NCBI GenBank assembly: GCA_965112735.1
Contig: OZ218953.1
Location: forward strand, 2,604,001-2,668,000
DNA from: Phaeosaccion multiseriatum
Taxonomy: Eukaryota > Protista > Ochrophyta, other classes
DNA length: 64,000 nucleotides
Direction of reading: 5' to 3'
In this document: in pieces, positions 33,576 through 48,087 of the stretch
Layout: each line of letters starts with the position of its first letter
Position numbering within the stretch: position 1 is the first letter of the stretch
Made by a program: the position numbers and the translations under genes
The notes under the pieces: generated by a model
Databases searched by the model: none
What the model saw: only the letters and a program-made list of their open reading frames with translations
Told to the model about the DNA's origin: nothing

Positions 33576-36500
33576 ATGGCTGCTCAAGTAGATCAGCGAC
33601 TGGCGGCGGCGCTGAGCAGGAGAGAGAGAGAGGGAACGCTCAGGACCTTGACGACTTCTCGACGCCGCCGTCGGCCTGGCGATGGCCATGGTCCTGCTGC
33701 AGCTAGTGGACAAGAGAAGCAGCAGCAGGAGGGGCAGGATCATCTTGTCGACTTTAGTAGCAATGACTACTTGGGTATGGCGAGATCGGACAAGCTGCAC
33801 GCGGCCATCCGCGCGGAGGAAGCGGCCCTTCGAAAGGAGGTGCGTTGGGTCGAGTCGAGAGGAGTTGGTGGGAAGAGGGGAGAGAGTTTACACAAACTTG
33901 GGTAGTAGACTCAAAGGTCCTCATGCTGATCTGTATCCCGTCCTTTCCTCGCCTCTTGTCCTCTGCAACAACAACAACACTAACAACAACAGCAGCAGGA
34001 GCAGTCGCAGCCGTGGCATTCCATGAGTCAGGGGCAGTCGGAATCGAAATGGCCTGGCGAGCAGGTGGCGTGCCTGCCCCCCGTGGTGGGGTCGTCAGGC
34101 TCCAGGCTGCTCTCCGGCAACAGCGCCTACGCGGAGAAATTGGAGGAGAGGTGAGGTAGCGAAACACTCCATAAGCGTCAAAGAGTCAGGGAGGTCTTGC
34201 CATGGGTATGTGTCTGGTGGCTCACTGCATTGGCTGGTGGTGCCTGGTCTGGTTCACGCCCCACCTCACTCGGGCTTCGACACTGCGTGCGAACCGTGGA
34301 TCGGGTGGGTGGGTCATGGTGTCGCTGCGTGTAAAGCTCTTGAAATATGCCAGCAGGCCCCCTACTGCATACTACGCGATTCCCCTACTGCTACGTTTAT
34401 GGTTCCTTTCCTACTCCGTTTTTCGATTCCCTCCTTATTACACTTCATGATTCCCTCCTGTCCTTTCCTGTGCCACGCTCTCCTGTCCCTACCCTTGCTA
34501 CACACTCACGCACACACACACGCATGCCTCCCCCCCCTCCCCCCCACACACACACCACACACTCTCCTCCACCACCCCATCCCACCGCAGAATTGCGTCC
34601 TTTCACGGCAGGGAGGCATGTCTGCTCTTCAACTCCGGCTACGACGCCAACTTAGGTATCCTCTCATCGCTGCCCCTCCCTACAGATGCCGTGCTGTACG
34701 ACCAACTCGCGCACAACTCTATGGTCATGGGCACACGGCTGGGTAGGCAGGGAACCACGATGGCCTTCAGACACAACGACCTGCAACACCTAGAGGAGCT
34801 CTTACAGGGCCTCCGAGGAGGAGGAAGAGGAGGAAGAGGAGGAGGAGGAGGAGGAGGAGGAGGAGGAGGAGGAGGAGGAGGAGGAGGAGGAGGAGGAGGA
34901 GGAGGAGGAGGAGGAGGAGGAGGAGGAGGAGGAGGAGGAGGAGGAGGAGGAGGAGGAGGAGGAGGAGGAGGAGGAGGAGGAGGAAAGGAGGAGGAGGAGG
35001 AGGAGGAGGAGGAGGAGGAGGAGGAGGAGGAGGAGGAGGAGGAGGAGGAGGAGGAGGAGGAAAAGGAGGAGGCGGAAGGGAAGGGGGGGGGTGGCGGGGA
35101 GGGGAGGGTGAGAAGGGGGTGGAGGAGATGGGAGGGAGGGGGCGGGGGAAGGGAAGGAAGGGGAGGAAGGGAGGCTCCATCTTCATCGCGGTGGAGAGCG
35201 TGTACTCGATGGACGGCGACACAGCCCCTCTCAGGGACATGTGCGCCCTTGCTCAACGCTTTGGTGCCTGTCTCATCGTAGATGAAGGTCCGTGCCGTGC
35301 CGTGCTATGCTGTTGAGATGTTTTTTTTTAGCTTACTGGTCCTCCTCCCCCTCCTTCTCAACTCCTCCTCCTCCTCTTCCTCCTCCTCCTCCTCCTCCTC
35401 CTCCTCCTCCTCCTCCTCCTCCTCCTCCTCCTCCTCCTCCTCCTCCTCCTCCTCCTCCTTCTCAACTCCTCCTCCTCCTCTTCCTCCTCCTCCTCCTCCT
35501 CCTCCTCCTCCTCCTCCTCCTCCTCCCCTTCCTCCTCCTCCCCTTCCTCCTCCTCCTCCTCCTCCAGCCCATGCTACCGGTGTATTCGGGCCCCATGGGG
35601 AGGGCATGCTCGCATCCCTCGGCTTGCACACGCACCCTTCCATCCTGCTGTCTATGCACACCTTTGGGAAAGCGTTTGGCACGCACGGAGCTGCCGTCCT
35701 CGGTGAGTCGTTGCCATGTAGCCAACATGCAGCATGCAGCATGCAGTGTATTCAATGTATTCAAGCTTTCAGCTTTCAGCCCGCTTGGGCCAACAGTCAG
35801 CGTCCTCTCCCTCTCGCACTGCTGATTCAAATGAAGTTAATCACAGCCGTCTTGTGTCAAGGCGAAAGGAGCCTTCCCTTTGCTCTCCCGCGGTGTGGGC
35901 CATCCGTCTGACCTATCGCTGCCCTCGTCCTCCTCGTCCTCCTCCCCCCTCCTCTCCTCCTCCCCCTCCCCTCATCCGATAGGCTCTGCGACTCTGAAGC
36001 GCTACCTGGTGAACTACGCCCGACCTCTCATCTACTCCACCTCCCTCCCCCTGCACAGCCTCGTGTCCATCAACAGCGCCTACTCCCTGCAGATGGCACC
36101 AGACGCCCTCCCTCTCCGACGGCGCTTGTTCCGAATCATTGCATTGTTCCGCCGGAGTGTTCTCCTTCTGGAGAATGGCGAGGAAAGCAGTCATATGGGC
36201 AGCAGCAGCAGCAGGAGGAGGAAGAGGCGAGTGCCCCCCCGGGCTGTGGCTGCAGCTGTGGCTGTGCCCTTGCTGGAGAGTGACACGGCCATCCAGGCGG
36301 TGCTCGTGCCGGGCAACGAGCGCGTGGAGGTGCGTGCAATATTTGCCCCGCACCTCTCTCTCTCTCTCACGCTTTCTTTCTTTCTCTCTCTCTGTGTCTG
36401 TCTATCTACCAATCTCCTCCTCTGTCTACCGATCCATCCCTGTCTGTCTCTGTATCTCTGTATCCACCCATCTCTCTCTGTCTCTCTCTCCTACATGCTT

Positions 36501-38000
36501 CCATCTTCCTCTCTCTATCTCTCTCTCTCCTACATGCTTCCATCTTCTTCTCTCTATCTCTCTCTCTCCTACATGCTTCCATCTTCCTCTCTCTATCTCT
36601 CTCCTACATGCTTCCATCTTCCTCTCTCTATCTCTCTCTCCTACATGCTTCCATCTTCCTCTCTCTATCTCTCTCCTACATGCTTCCATCTTCCTCTCTC
36701 TATCTCTCTTTCCTACATGCTTCCATCTTCCTCTCTCTATCTCTCTCTCCTACATGCTTCCATCTTCCTCTCTCTATCTCTCTCCTACATGCTTCCATCT
36801 TCCTCTCTCTATCTCTCTCTCCTACATGCTTCCATCTTCCTCTCTCTATCTCTCTCTCCTACATGCTTCTATCTTCCTCTCTCTATCTCTCTTTCCTACA
36901 TGCTTCCATCTTCCTCTCTCTATCTCTCTCTCCTACATGCTTCCATCTTCCTCTCTCTCTCTCTCCTACATGCTTCCATCTTCCTCTCTCTATCTCTCTC
37001 TCCTATATGCTTCCATCTTCCTCTCTCTATCTCTCTCTCTCCTACATGCTTCCATCTTCCTCTCTCTATCTCTCTCCTACATGCTTCCATCTTCCTCTCT
37101 CTATCTCTCTCTCCTACATGCTTCCATCTTCCTCTCTCTATCTCTCTTTCCTACATGCTTCCATCTTCCTCTCTCTATCTCTCTCCTACATGCTTCCATC
37201 TTCCTCTCTCTATCTCTCTCTCCTACATGCTTCCATCTTCCTCTCTCTATCTCTCTCTCCTACATGCTTCCATCTTCCTCTCTCTATCTCTCTCTCCTAC
37301 ATGCTTCCATCTTCCTCTCTCTATCTCTCTCTCCTACATGCTTCCATCTTCCTCTCTCTATCTCTCTTTCCTACATGCTTCCATCTTCCTCTCTCTATCT
37401 CTCTCTCCTACATGCTTCCATCTTCCTCTCTCTCTCTCCTACATGCTTCCATCTTCCTCTCTCTATCTCTCTCTCCTACATGCTTCCATCTTCCTCTCTC
37501 TATCTCTCTCTCCTACATGCTTCCATCTTCCTCTCTCTGTCTCTCTCTCCCACATACTTCCATCTTCCTCTCTCTGTCTCTCTCTCCTACATGCTTCCAT
37601 CTTCCTCTCTCTGTCTCTCTCTCCCACACACTTCCATCTTCCTCTCTCTGTCTCTCTCTCCTACATGCTTCCATCTTCCTCTCTCTGTCTCTCTCTCCTA
37701 CTCTCTCTATCTCTCTCTCTCTTCCTCCCTCTCCCCTCGAGTCAAAGGGCCTTTCCTGTTGACGCTAAAATGGCACCGACCAACCCCATCTCGATGTTCG
37801 TCGCCCCCCACCCCCCACCCTCCATCCTCCTCCCCCCACCCTCCATCCTCCTCCCCCCGCCCCCTCCAGGCGTGTGCCCGCTTCTTGCGAGGTCACGGCT
37901 TCGACGTGAGGGCCATTCGCAAGCCCACTGTGCCCGAGGGAGGGGAGCGCCTCCGCATCTGTCTGCACGCCCACAACACCGAGGCCCAGGTATTAGAGTA

Positions 38001-38032
<32 letters not shown>

Positions 38033-38286
38033 TGTGTGTCCTGTCTTCTCTCTCTCCGCCGCCGCTGTAATGCTGTCCTGCTGCCCCTTGTCGTACCCAC
38101 GTCCCTCCTCTCCAATTGGCCCTGACTGACCTTCTTACCCAACCGTACACCCAACACGTGTAGGTGGAGGATCTGGCGCACCACATCCTTGTGTTCTTGT
38201 CCGCCCCCGATGCCGAGGCGGCTGAACAGTGCGGGCTGTGCACTTGCCAAGCGGGTCAGGAGACTGCCCCATGCGGTGGGGGCGGC

Positions 38287-38350
<64 letters not shown>

Positions 38351-38365
38351 GTAGTAGTAGTAGTG

Positions 38366-38426
<61 letters not shown>

Positions 38427-38601
38427 CAGCAACAGGATAGGGCTGGCCACACCGCTGCCGTGTCGGTGCCACAACCGGCGGCACCACTTTGAGGCCCAGC
38501 AGCGGCGGCAGTGGCAGCAGCAGCAACAATTGGTGAGACAGCAGGCTGCCCCCTTGGGGGCGGGCCAAGGCCGGATAGCTGCTCCGAATAGCAGGCTTTA
38601 G
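33576..38601 (+). CDS. bioF: 8-amino-7-oxononanoate (KAPA) synthase, PLP-dependent, with C-terminal PTS1 (SRL)
   Basis: Motifs DFSSNDYLG, GSSGSRLLSGN, FNSGYDANLG, DQLAHNS, FRHNDL, VESVYSMDGD, VDE|AHATG, TFGKAFG (PLP lysine), ARPLIYSTSLP and AIRKPTVPEGGERLRICLH occur in order across exons. The last exon (38164-38601) ends NSRL*. There is an apparent frame break in the (GGA)n tract at 34815-35170. Confidence 0.93.
34815..35065. repeat. (GGA)n microsatellite inside the bioF coding region
   Basis: About 250 bp of near-pure GGA between LEELLQGLR and GSIFIAVES. Confidence 0.9.
36481..37720. repeat. ~35-41-bp pyrimidine-rich minisatellite (CCTACATGCTTCCATCTTCCTCTCTCTATCTCTCTCT)n, about 30 copies, in a bioF intron
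   Basis: Visible tandem array within intron 36330-37869. Unit length varies with the CT dinucleotide count, which generates spurious long ORFs in all three frames. Confidence 0.95.
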
Positions 38602-39103
38602 CGGACAGGAATTTAAGGCTCAGGCTAGAGCGTGTAGGTTCCTTTTTTTTTTTTTTTTTTTTGGACACGTCTACTGTATGAACTTGCTATCAGTAATGAT
38701 CAAAACTGTGGACGAAAAGGCGGAGAGAGAGAGAGAGAGAGAGCTGCTAAGGAGGAGGAGCTTACTTTAGGCAGAGAGTTGTTGTCCCCTCGTGGTGCAC
38801 CAACGGCAGAACGTGCGCCATCCAAGGGGGTACGTTCAGACAACGGGGACCGCAGGGGGCCGTGGGGGAGCAAAGGGGTAGGCTCGGGGAGCATATAGAG
38901 GAACGGGAGAAGGAACTCTTTCTCTTCCAGCCCCAGCGCCGGCCAGCCCCAGCCCATGGTGTCTCCGGCTCCGCCTCCGCATCGTCCTCCTCCACGTGCA
39001 CACACACAGACAAGAGAAGCGAAGTGGTGACTCTCTCTCTCTCTCTCTCGCTCTCTTCCCCCTTTTTGTGATGATGTGTATCATGTCGTCATGTCATGTT
39101 ATG

Positions 39104-41074
<1,971 letters not shown>

Positions 41075-41187
41075 ATTTCTTCTCTGCGATACAGCACTAC
41101 TTTCCTTCCCCCCTTAAAATTTGCTTTTCTGTAACTGTTCGTAAGTCAATAAAATTTGTTGACTTAGTCGGCCGCCTCTACGATGGA

Positions 41188-42661
41188 CTACCTCCAGGCG
41201 TGCTTCCCCCCGCCCCCGCCCCTGCCCCCTCTCCCTCTCCCCCTGCCCCTTCCGCCCCTCCCCCCTCTCCCCCCGCCCCTGAAGTCGCCTCCCCCCCCCC
41301 CTCTTCCGCCTCCAAAGCCGCCTCTCCCTCGCCCCCCACCTCCTTCCCTCCCGTCCCTCCCCCGCCCTGCCTCTCCGCCTTCTCTGCTCTGTCTGTTCCT
41401 GCCCTTCTGTGACTCCATTGTATTCCCCTTGGTGTGGTGGCGCTCTTGCTGGGCGGATTGGAAGAGCTGGTTTTGAGCCTCGCTCATCGCCTCCTTGGCC
41501 TGACACAAGAGCAAAAGCAGCACGCAACGCGCAGTTCGCACGGGGGGGGGGGGGGAGGGGAAGGCACAGCACACAAAGGACGTAAGGTTCTCAATCACCG
41601 CGCTGACTCACTGTGCTGACTCACTGTGCTGATTCACTCACTGACATACTGTGCTGACTGACTCACTCACCCATTCACTCACGCACTCACCTTCTTGACC
41701 TTCTTGGTCTTTCCCGTGTCGAGGGAAGTATCCCACGCGTCGAGTTTGCGCTTCCCCGCCGCCTGCCTCTCCTCCCGCACCTTGATGCAAACAGACGAGG
41801 AGAGAAGGGAAGAAGGGAAAGCGACCCACATGACACATGAACGACTGAACGAAATCAATCAATGGTGGACTTCCCTCGGCTTCACGACACTTCCTCCAAA
41901 GACTATGAATCAATGGGACACTTCCTTCGGCTTCACGACACTTCCTCCAAAGACTATGAATCAATGGGACACTTCCTTCGGCTACACGACACCTATCGTA
42001 CTCCAAAATCGCTGCAAGAATATGACGGGAAATATTGAAGCTGGTGGCAGAGCCCCTGCTGAATTGTAGACACAAGGCATGCACACAACACAAACGCACA
42101 CAACTCACACACACACATACACACACACAGACAGACACACACACACACATACACACACCTGCGCCTTGACTGCTGCGTCTTGCTTCCCCTTCTCCCGCCG
42201 CACCCGTGCCAGCTCCTCCTCCTCCATCCCCCTCTCGGGGGTGGTGGTGGTGCCACCATTGGCTGCTGCTGCCTCTCCCTCTCCCTCTCCCACTCCCACT
42301 CCGCCAGTGGCCCCGACTTCGGCCCCCCAGTCCTCCTCCCCCTCCACCTCGTCGGCCCAGCTGGCCACACTCACGCCCAAGAGCTTGGAGCGATGGTTGC
42401 GAGGAAACCACGCCTCGCGCGCCGACTGCCCCGTGAACTCCACTCGAGCGTCCTTCGATGTGTAGCGGTGTCCGTCCTGGGGAGGGGCAAGGGGAGAGAT
42501 GAGGTGACGGGGGCGAGGGAGGGGGCGCTGGCTGAGAGTTTGGGGGAGTTAGGGGGAAGGGCCAAGTGCTTCTTCCTCCCCTACGTCGAGAGAAAATAGT
42601 GGGGGGGTGAAACCAATTGGTGAAACGACAGGTTTGACTGTAAGACAACAAAAACGAGAGA

Positions 42662-42724
<63 letters not shown>

Positions 42725-43028
42725 AGGACTTCAGCGGCAGTTTGCAAGAGCGGAGAGTAACACCATACGGGTGTGTTTACGGATTGACGGACAGGAGAGG
42801 AGGACCAGAAGATTAAACTCGGACTGACTTGATACCGGTATATGGGCAGGCCCGACACGATATGTAAGTCAATGAAATCCAACAAAAGCACTCACCGGAG
42901 GGCCGCGCTGCGTTCCGAGGGCTCCGTTGGTGGTTTCCAGCACACGCTCCTTCTTCGGCTGCTGAGCGCCCCTGCCCTCCTCCTCGTCACTACTGCTGTC
43001 GCTGCTGCTGCTGCTGCTGCTACTGCCA

Positions 43029-43069
<41 letters not shown>

Positions 43070-43571
43070 GCTACTACTATTACTGCTGCTCCTGCTGCCA
43101 TCAAGCTTCCTTTTGCGAGTGCCATTGGCCTTGGCAGAGAGTTTATCCACACTGTGGCCGTTACCCTGCTGCACTGACGGCACAGGAGGCGCCCCAAACA
43201 GCCGTCCTAGAGCCCCCGCGGTATCTTCGTCCTCTTCTTCGTCCTCCGAACTGTCCTCACTGTTTTGCTCTGACGCAGACGACTTCTTCACACCATTGCC
43301 ACTTTTCCCATCTGCTCCGGGACCCCCCATCTTCTTCTTCTTCTTCTCCTGCTGCTCCTGCTGCTCCTTGTCCTCCGCTGCCTGGACTGTGACTGCCTTC
43401 AGCGGTGCCTTACTCGGCCCCACTGCTGCAACCGGAGCCTCGATCCAGGTGCCTACCTTTCCAGGCTTGTTCCTCTCGCAAGGGTCAGGGTTGAAAGCGT
43501 ACACCATCCCCTTCTTACCCGCCTGGCCTCCTGCTTTGCTATCAGCCCTGCCCCCTTCTCCCCCTTGTCCG

Positions 43572-43610
<39 letters not shown>

Positions 43611-44355
43611 ATCACCAACCCACCCACCTGCTGCTGCTGTCTCGCCGTGACCTTCCATGCCCCCACAAAGGCCGCCACACTGTCGTCCTGCCAAAAGCCG
43701 ACTGCTGCTTCCTTCGTTACACCTCCTGCTGAGAGGAGGGAGAGGTCGAGGAGAGGAAGTTGGAGTGAGGGGGAGCAAAACAATGGAAAGGAGAGTGGAG
43801 TAAAGGGAGGAGGGGACAGGAGAGTGACAATGGTGACGATGGAATGACCGGCAGCGGCCGATGAACATGTATCAGTTCATCACTCACAAGGCCCCCTAAC
43901 CAAACATTGCAAGACCAACAAAACATTAAATCGACAATCGACACTGACAAAAGAGGTCCACGCAAGTAGAGGAGAGAGAGAGCGCGTCGGATGAGCGGCG
44001 CCATCCCCTTCTCTCTACACACACACATACACACACGTTCAGTCTCTTGGGTGATTCCTATGAAGTCGATAAATATCCCCTGCTCTCCTCCCCTGTGCCT
44101 CCCCTGTGCCTCTCTCTCTCACTCAGCCCCCCCCCTCCTGCCCCCCCCCCCCTTTACTCTCCCCTCTTGCTCACCTCCCTTCTCCTGCTCCTCTCCTTCC
44201 TCTCCGTCGGCACCGTTGAGCTCCGCCTGCATGAAAGCTCGGCCCCACGGCGACTCGGAAGCCGCAGCCGAGCCCGCTGCCGCTGCTGCTGCCGCTGCCC
44301 CGTTCAACAGCAAACTCGCGTCTTCACTCCCTCCTCCTCCTCCTCCTGCGGCTGC

Positions 44356-44397
<42 letters not shown>

Positions 44398-46227
44398 TGC
44401 TGTTACAGTCACAGTAGACACAGTCACTTCTCCTCCCTCCTCCAGGACCTTCCCTCCCGCTTCTGCCCCTCCCCCTGCTGCCAACGCCGCCGCCGCAGCC
44501 TTGAGGGCCTTTCTCCTCTCCTTCTTGGCCTTCCTCTTCTCCTTCTTGGTGAGGGGCTTCTTCTCCTCGCCCTGCGCCTCCCCTCTCCTCTTCCCCTCTC
44601 CTTCCCCCCCCCCCTCGGCCTTGGCCATAGCCTTGTCAGCCTCGATCACCGCCTCCACCTTCTCCTTCTCTCCCTTGGCTCCAGCGGCCTCCTCGCTTGG
44701 TCTGGCGATTTCCTCCCCCACGTCGTCAACCCCCTTCTTGGTGTCCCTCACACCATTTGGTACTGCTGCTGCTGCTGCTGCTGCTACTGCTCCTGCGTCT
44801 GCTTGTGCTGCCGAGACACCCGCCTTTCGAATAGCGGCAGCGGAAGGAGGGAGGGGCTTCCTCGTGTAGAAGAGGATGTAGGCCTTCTGCCTGAGCACCT
44901 TGTCCAGAGACACCTGTTCAAAAGCCCAGCACACCCACACACACACATACATACATACACGTACATAAGGGACACAGAGAGCGAGGCAAGGGAGGGAACT
45001 TCCTGCGTAAATTGTAAATTCCAGGCGAGCTCAGGGGAGAGACCAACCCCCACACGCGTTGTTGACTTGACACCATGCACTAGGCACTCATTCGTTGGTT
45101 CGTTCAGCTGTACCCTGTCCTCTGTCCTCTCCCTTCTCCCCTTCCTCGACTCTCTCCCCTCTCCCCTTTGCCCTCTCTGCCCTCTCTGCCCTCTCTCTCC
45201 TCTCTCCTTCCTTACCGTGTGGGTGGAGTCATCGTCCTGCAGATGCCAGGCCCTGTTGGAGGCGCGGATGAAGGAGAAGTAGTGCCCGCACGACATGGAG
45301 TTGCCGGCGTGCACCAACACGCCCGTCAGCTCGTATGCCACCTGTGATTTTACAGCAGCGGAGTTAGAGCAGAGCAGAGCAGATAGTAAAGAACAAGGAC
45401 ACGAGAGAATGAGGGATATATAGAGGAGAAGGAAGGAAGCAGAGGGAAAGGTACGTAGAGAGGAAATGAGCCCATACCCTTCCTCACTCCCTTCTTCCTC
45501 CCTTCCAATCCCTTATCGACCCTGGACAAGATTACGGTGTGCGCCTGCATCAGTAATCAGGCCGGCTGGTGCGCTGGTGCGTATACTCAGTAATCAGGCC
45601 GGCTGGCGCCATAATCAGTAATCAGGCCGGCTGCGAAGGCCATAATCAGTAATCAGGTAATCTTGTCCAGGGCCGACCCTAACAAACATACACACGCACA
45701 CGCACACTTACAACGCACAATTACAACGCACCTTCTTCTCCGGTCCTGACACCATGAGCACGAGCTCCACGGGGTAGGCGATGAACTTGTTCATCTGCAA
45801 CAGATTCACAGTTGGCAGGCAGTCAGAGGCAAGAGGGCACGCCTAAGGAGGAAGAGGGGGGGGGAGAGAGAGAAGTCGAAGACGTAACCCCTGCGAGTGG
45901 GAGTGCGAGCAGGCCAAGTGCTCCTTCCTTCCCCTCTCACTCCCCTGCACCCAGCCCCTGACTCACCTTTGCGGCGTGCCTTCCGTAGGCGAAGCGCTTG
46001 AGCTGCAGCACGAGGGTGTTGGGAGCGCGGAAGACGGTGAGCTGCTTGCGAGCACGCACCATCTTCTTGCAGCCACCGCACTTCCACCTGTTGGCCGCGT
46101 CCAGCCGCTCCGAGGCGCAGAAGTGCTTCAAGGCGTCGGTCACGCTCGCCACTCTCTGCAAAAGGGTGCATGTGTGGGTGTGGGTGTGTGTGTGAGTGTG
46201 TGTGTGCATGTGGGTGTGTGTGTGGGA

Positions 46228-46259
<32 letters not shown>

Positions 46260-48087
46260 GTGTGCGTGTGGGTGTGGGTGTGTGTGTGAGTGTGTGTGTG
46301 CATGTGGGTGTGTGTGGAGGTGTAAACGTGAGAGAGTGAGTGAGTGTGTGTGTGTTTGTGCCATCAGCGCACATCTAACTCATAGCTCACCCTCGCTCTC
46401 TCGCTCCCTCGTCCCCCGTACTTCCTTCCTTTCTCCCTCCCTTCCTTACCTGCGAGATCTCGAGACACACGTCCATGCTGAGGTCGAAGGTGTTGCTGCA
46501 GAAACCGCAGGCCTCGCACTTGACCTGGCTGCGCAAGTAGCCCCCGAACACGCGGTGGATGGCCGTCGTCTCTGCCAGCCTGAGAGGGTGGGAGGGGAGC
46601 GTTTGCATGACATTGTGTCGAGAGGAGTGTGTGTGTGTGTGTGTGTGTGAGAGTGTGTGTGTGAGTGTCATCAAGGCTAGGCGAGGTGCTCCCTCTCGAC
46701 ACGTTCGCGCTCCTTCCCTCTCTCTCTCCGTGTGCACCCCCCCTACCCACCGCCTACCCACCGCCTACACACCGCCTACCCACTACCCACTACCCACCGA
46801 CGCAGCAAGCACCAGCCAGCCAGCCTGCCTGCCTGCCTGCCTGCCAGCCACTACCCACCTGTGCGGGCTGCTGCCCTTGACGCCCTCCCTCTTGAGACAA
46901 GCCTCTGCCATGTGATCCACCAGGTGACTCAGGAACTCGTGCGCGTCCTCCTGCCTGCCCAGGCGGAACTGCTTGCCGATACTCTTGAGGCTGCTCACCA
47001 CAGACCGGGGCGCGATGGCGTTGTCTCTCATCGCCCCCCCCCTTGGCGCAAAGTGCCGGCCGTTGCTGCTGCTGAACGACCCTCCCACCTTGCCGCCTTG
47101 CCCTTGCCCTTGCCCTTGCCCCTGCCCCCTTTCTGCCTCGTCCTCTGCACTCCACCTGTGTACGCGGGCCACCAGCCGGGCCATCTTGTCCAGAATATCC
47201 GTCGGGCCTTGGCCTTTGTCGCCGCCCTGGTGCTTGCCGGCCTTCCAGCGAAAAGCCCCCCCGCCCCCTCCTCCTCCCCCTCCTCCTCCCCCTCCTCCTC
47301 CTCCTACTCCTCCTCCTCCTTGTTGGTAGGCGCCGTGCAGCAAATGCTGGGCCAGGGGCGGCGTGTAGAACAGGCACTGCAGCACCGCGTTGAGAAAGCA
47401 AGTGTTTCCCATGTTGCTCAGCCCTGGGCCGACTTTCCTCGGGAAGCCTGGCTTCGCCCAGACCAGCGCGTCTTTCAAAGGCTCCTCTGGGTAGAGGAAG
47501 TACCCCGTCTTGAGCCCAATCTCCGCGTCGGAGGCGCAAGAGGGAGACAGCTTGCTATTCGCCTCGCCGTCACCCCTTTCCTCTGGCTCATGCCCCAATT
47601 GCTTGCTCTTCTTCTTTTTCTTGTTGTAGTTGTTGCTGCTGTCGGAGCTCATCCCGATCCTTCCCGTATCAACCCCGCCGCCATTGTTGTCGTGGTCACC
47701 ACCGCCCTCTTGATTGCTCGCTGTGCTAAACGCAGTGGAAGGCTTGGTAGCTTTGTGAAACTTTATCCGCTTCCTCTCCTTCAGCTGAGCGAGACCAGCC
47801 TTGAGCATTTCACTACTGCTCATAGCTCTGAGCCCATTGTGCCCATTGTGGTCCTGCTGCGTCCCTACTACTTTCGTGCCCTTGAGAAACTTGCCTTGGA
47901 AATCGCTCGGCAGGGAGGCTCCTGCTCTGTGCCCTCCTCCCCCCACTTTACCGTGCGTCTTTTTCCCACCATGATGAATGATACGAAATCCATTCCCCGG
48001 ACCACCGCCTCCTGCCCCTCTTCCTCCCCTTCCTCCTCTTCCTCCTCCTCCTCCTCCTCCTCCTCGTCCTTTGCGATGCTTGCCCAT
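41188..48087 (-). CDS. USP36: Ubiquitin-specific protease, USP36/USP42 (UBP23-like) family, probably nucleolar
   Basis: Cys box GLSNMGNTCFLNAVLQCL, GRQEDAHEFL, FGGYLRSQVKCEAC, LVLQLKRF, His box YELTGVLVHAGNSMSCGHYFSFIR and KAYILFY. The C-terminus has DAWDTSLDTGKTKKVKK (the USP36-like WD..D.GK.KK motif) and an RGG tail. About 11 exons. Confidence 0.88.
41857..41992. repeat. 51-bp tandem repeat, about 2.6 copies, intronic
   Basis: AATCAATGGGACACTTCCTTCGGCTTCACGACACTTCCTCCAAAGACTATG starts at 41857 (variant), 41908 and 41959. Confidence 0.9.
45516..45676. mobile_element. MITE-like non-autonomous element in a USP intron
   Basis: 20-bp terminal inverted repeats TCGACCCTGGACAAGATTAC (45516-45535) and GTAATCTTGTCCAGGGCCGA (45657-45676) match at 19/20. 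There are four internal TCAGTAATCAGG(CCGGCTG) repeats. The flanks are CCCTTA and CCCTAA, a possible imperfect 6-bp TSD. Confidence 0.7.

Noticed and set aside
35880-38129. 749, 643 and 384-aa repetitive ORFs
   Set aside because: They are stop-free read-through of a pyrimidine-rich intronic minisatellite. The BioF motifs join correctly across it.
41085-41190. Splice fusion of the USP gene to the downstream membrane-protein gene
   Set aside because: The candidate donor and acceptor would join out of frame.
45550-45657. CRISPR-like repeat-spacer array
   Set aside because: The context is eukaryotic, the repeats are 19 bp with 9-18-nt partly similar spacers, there are no cas genes, and TIRs enclose it. 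A MITE explains it better.
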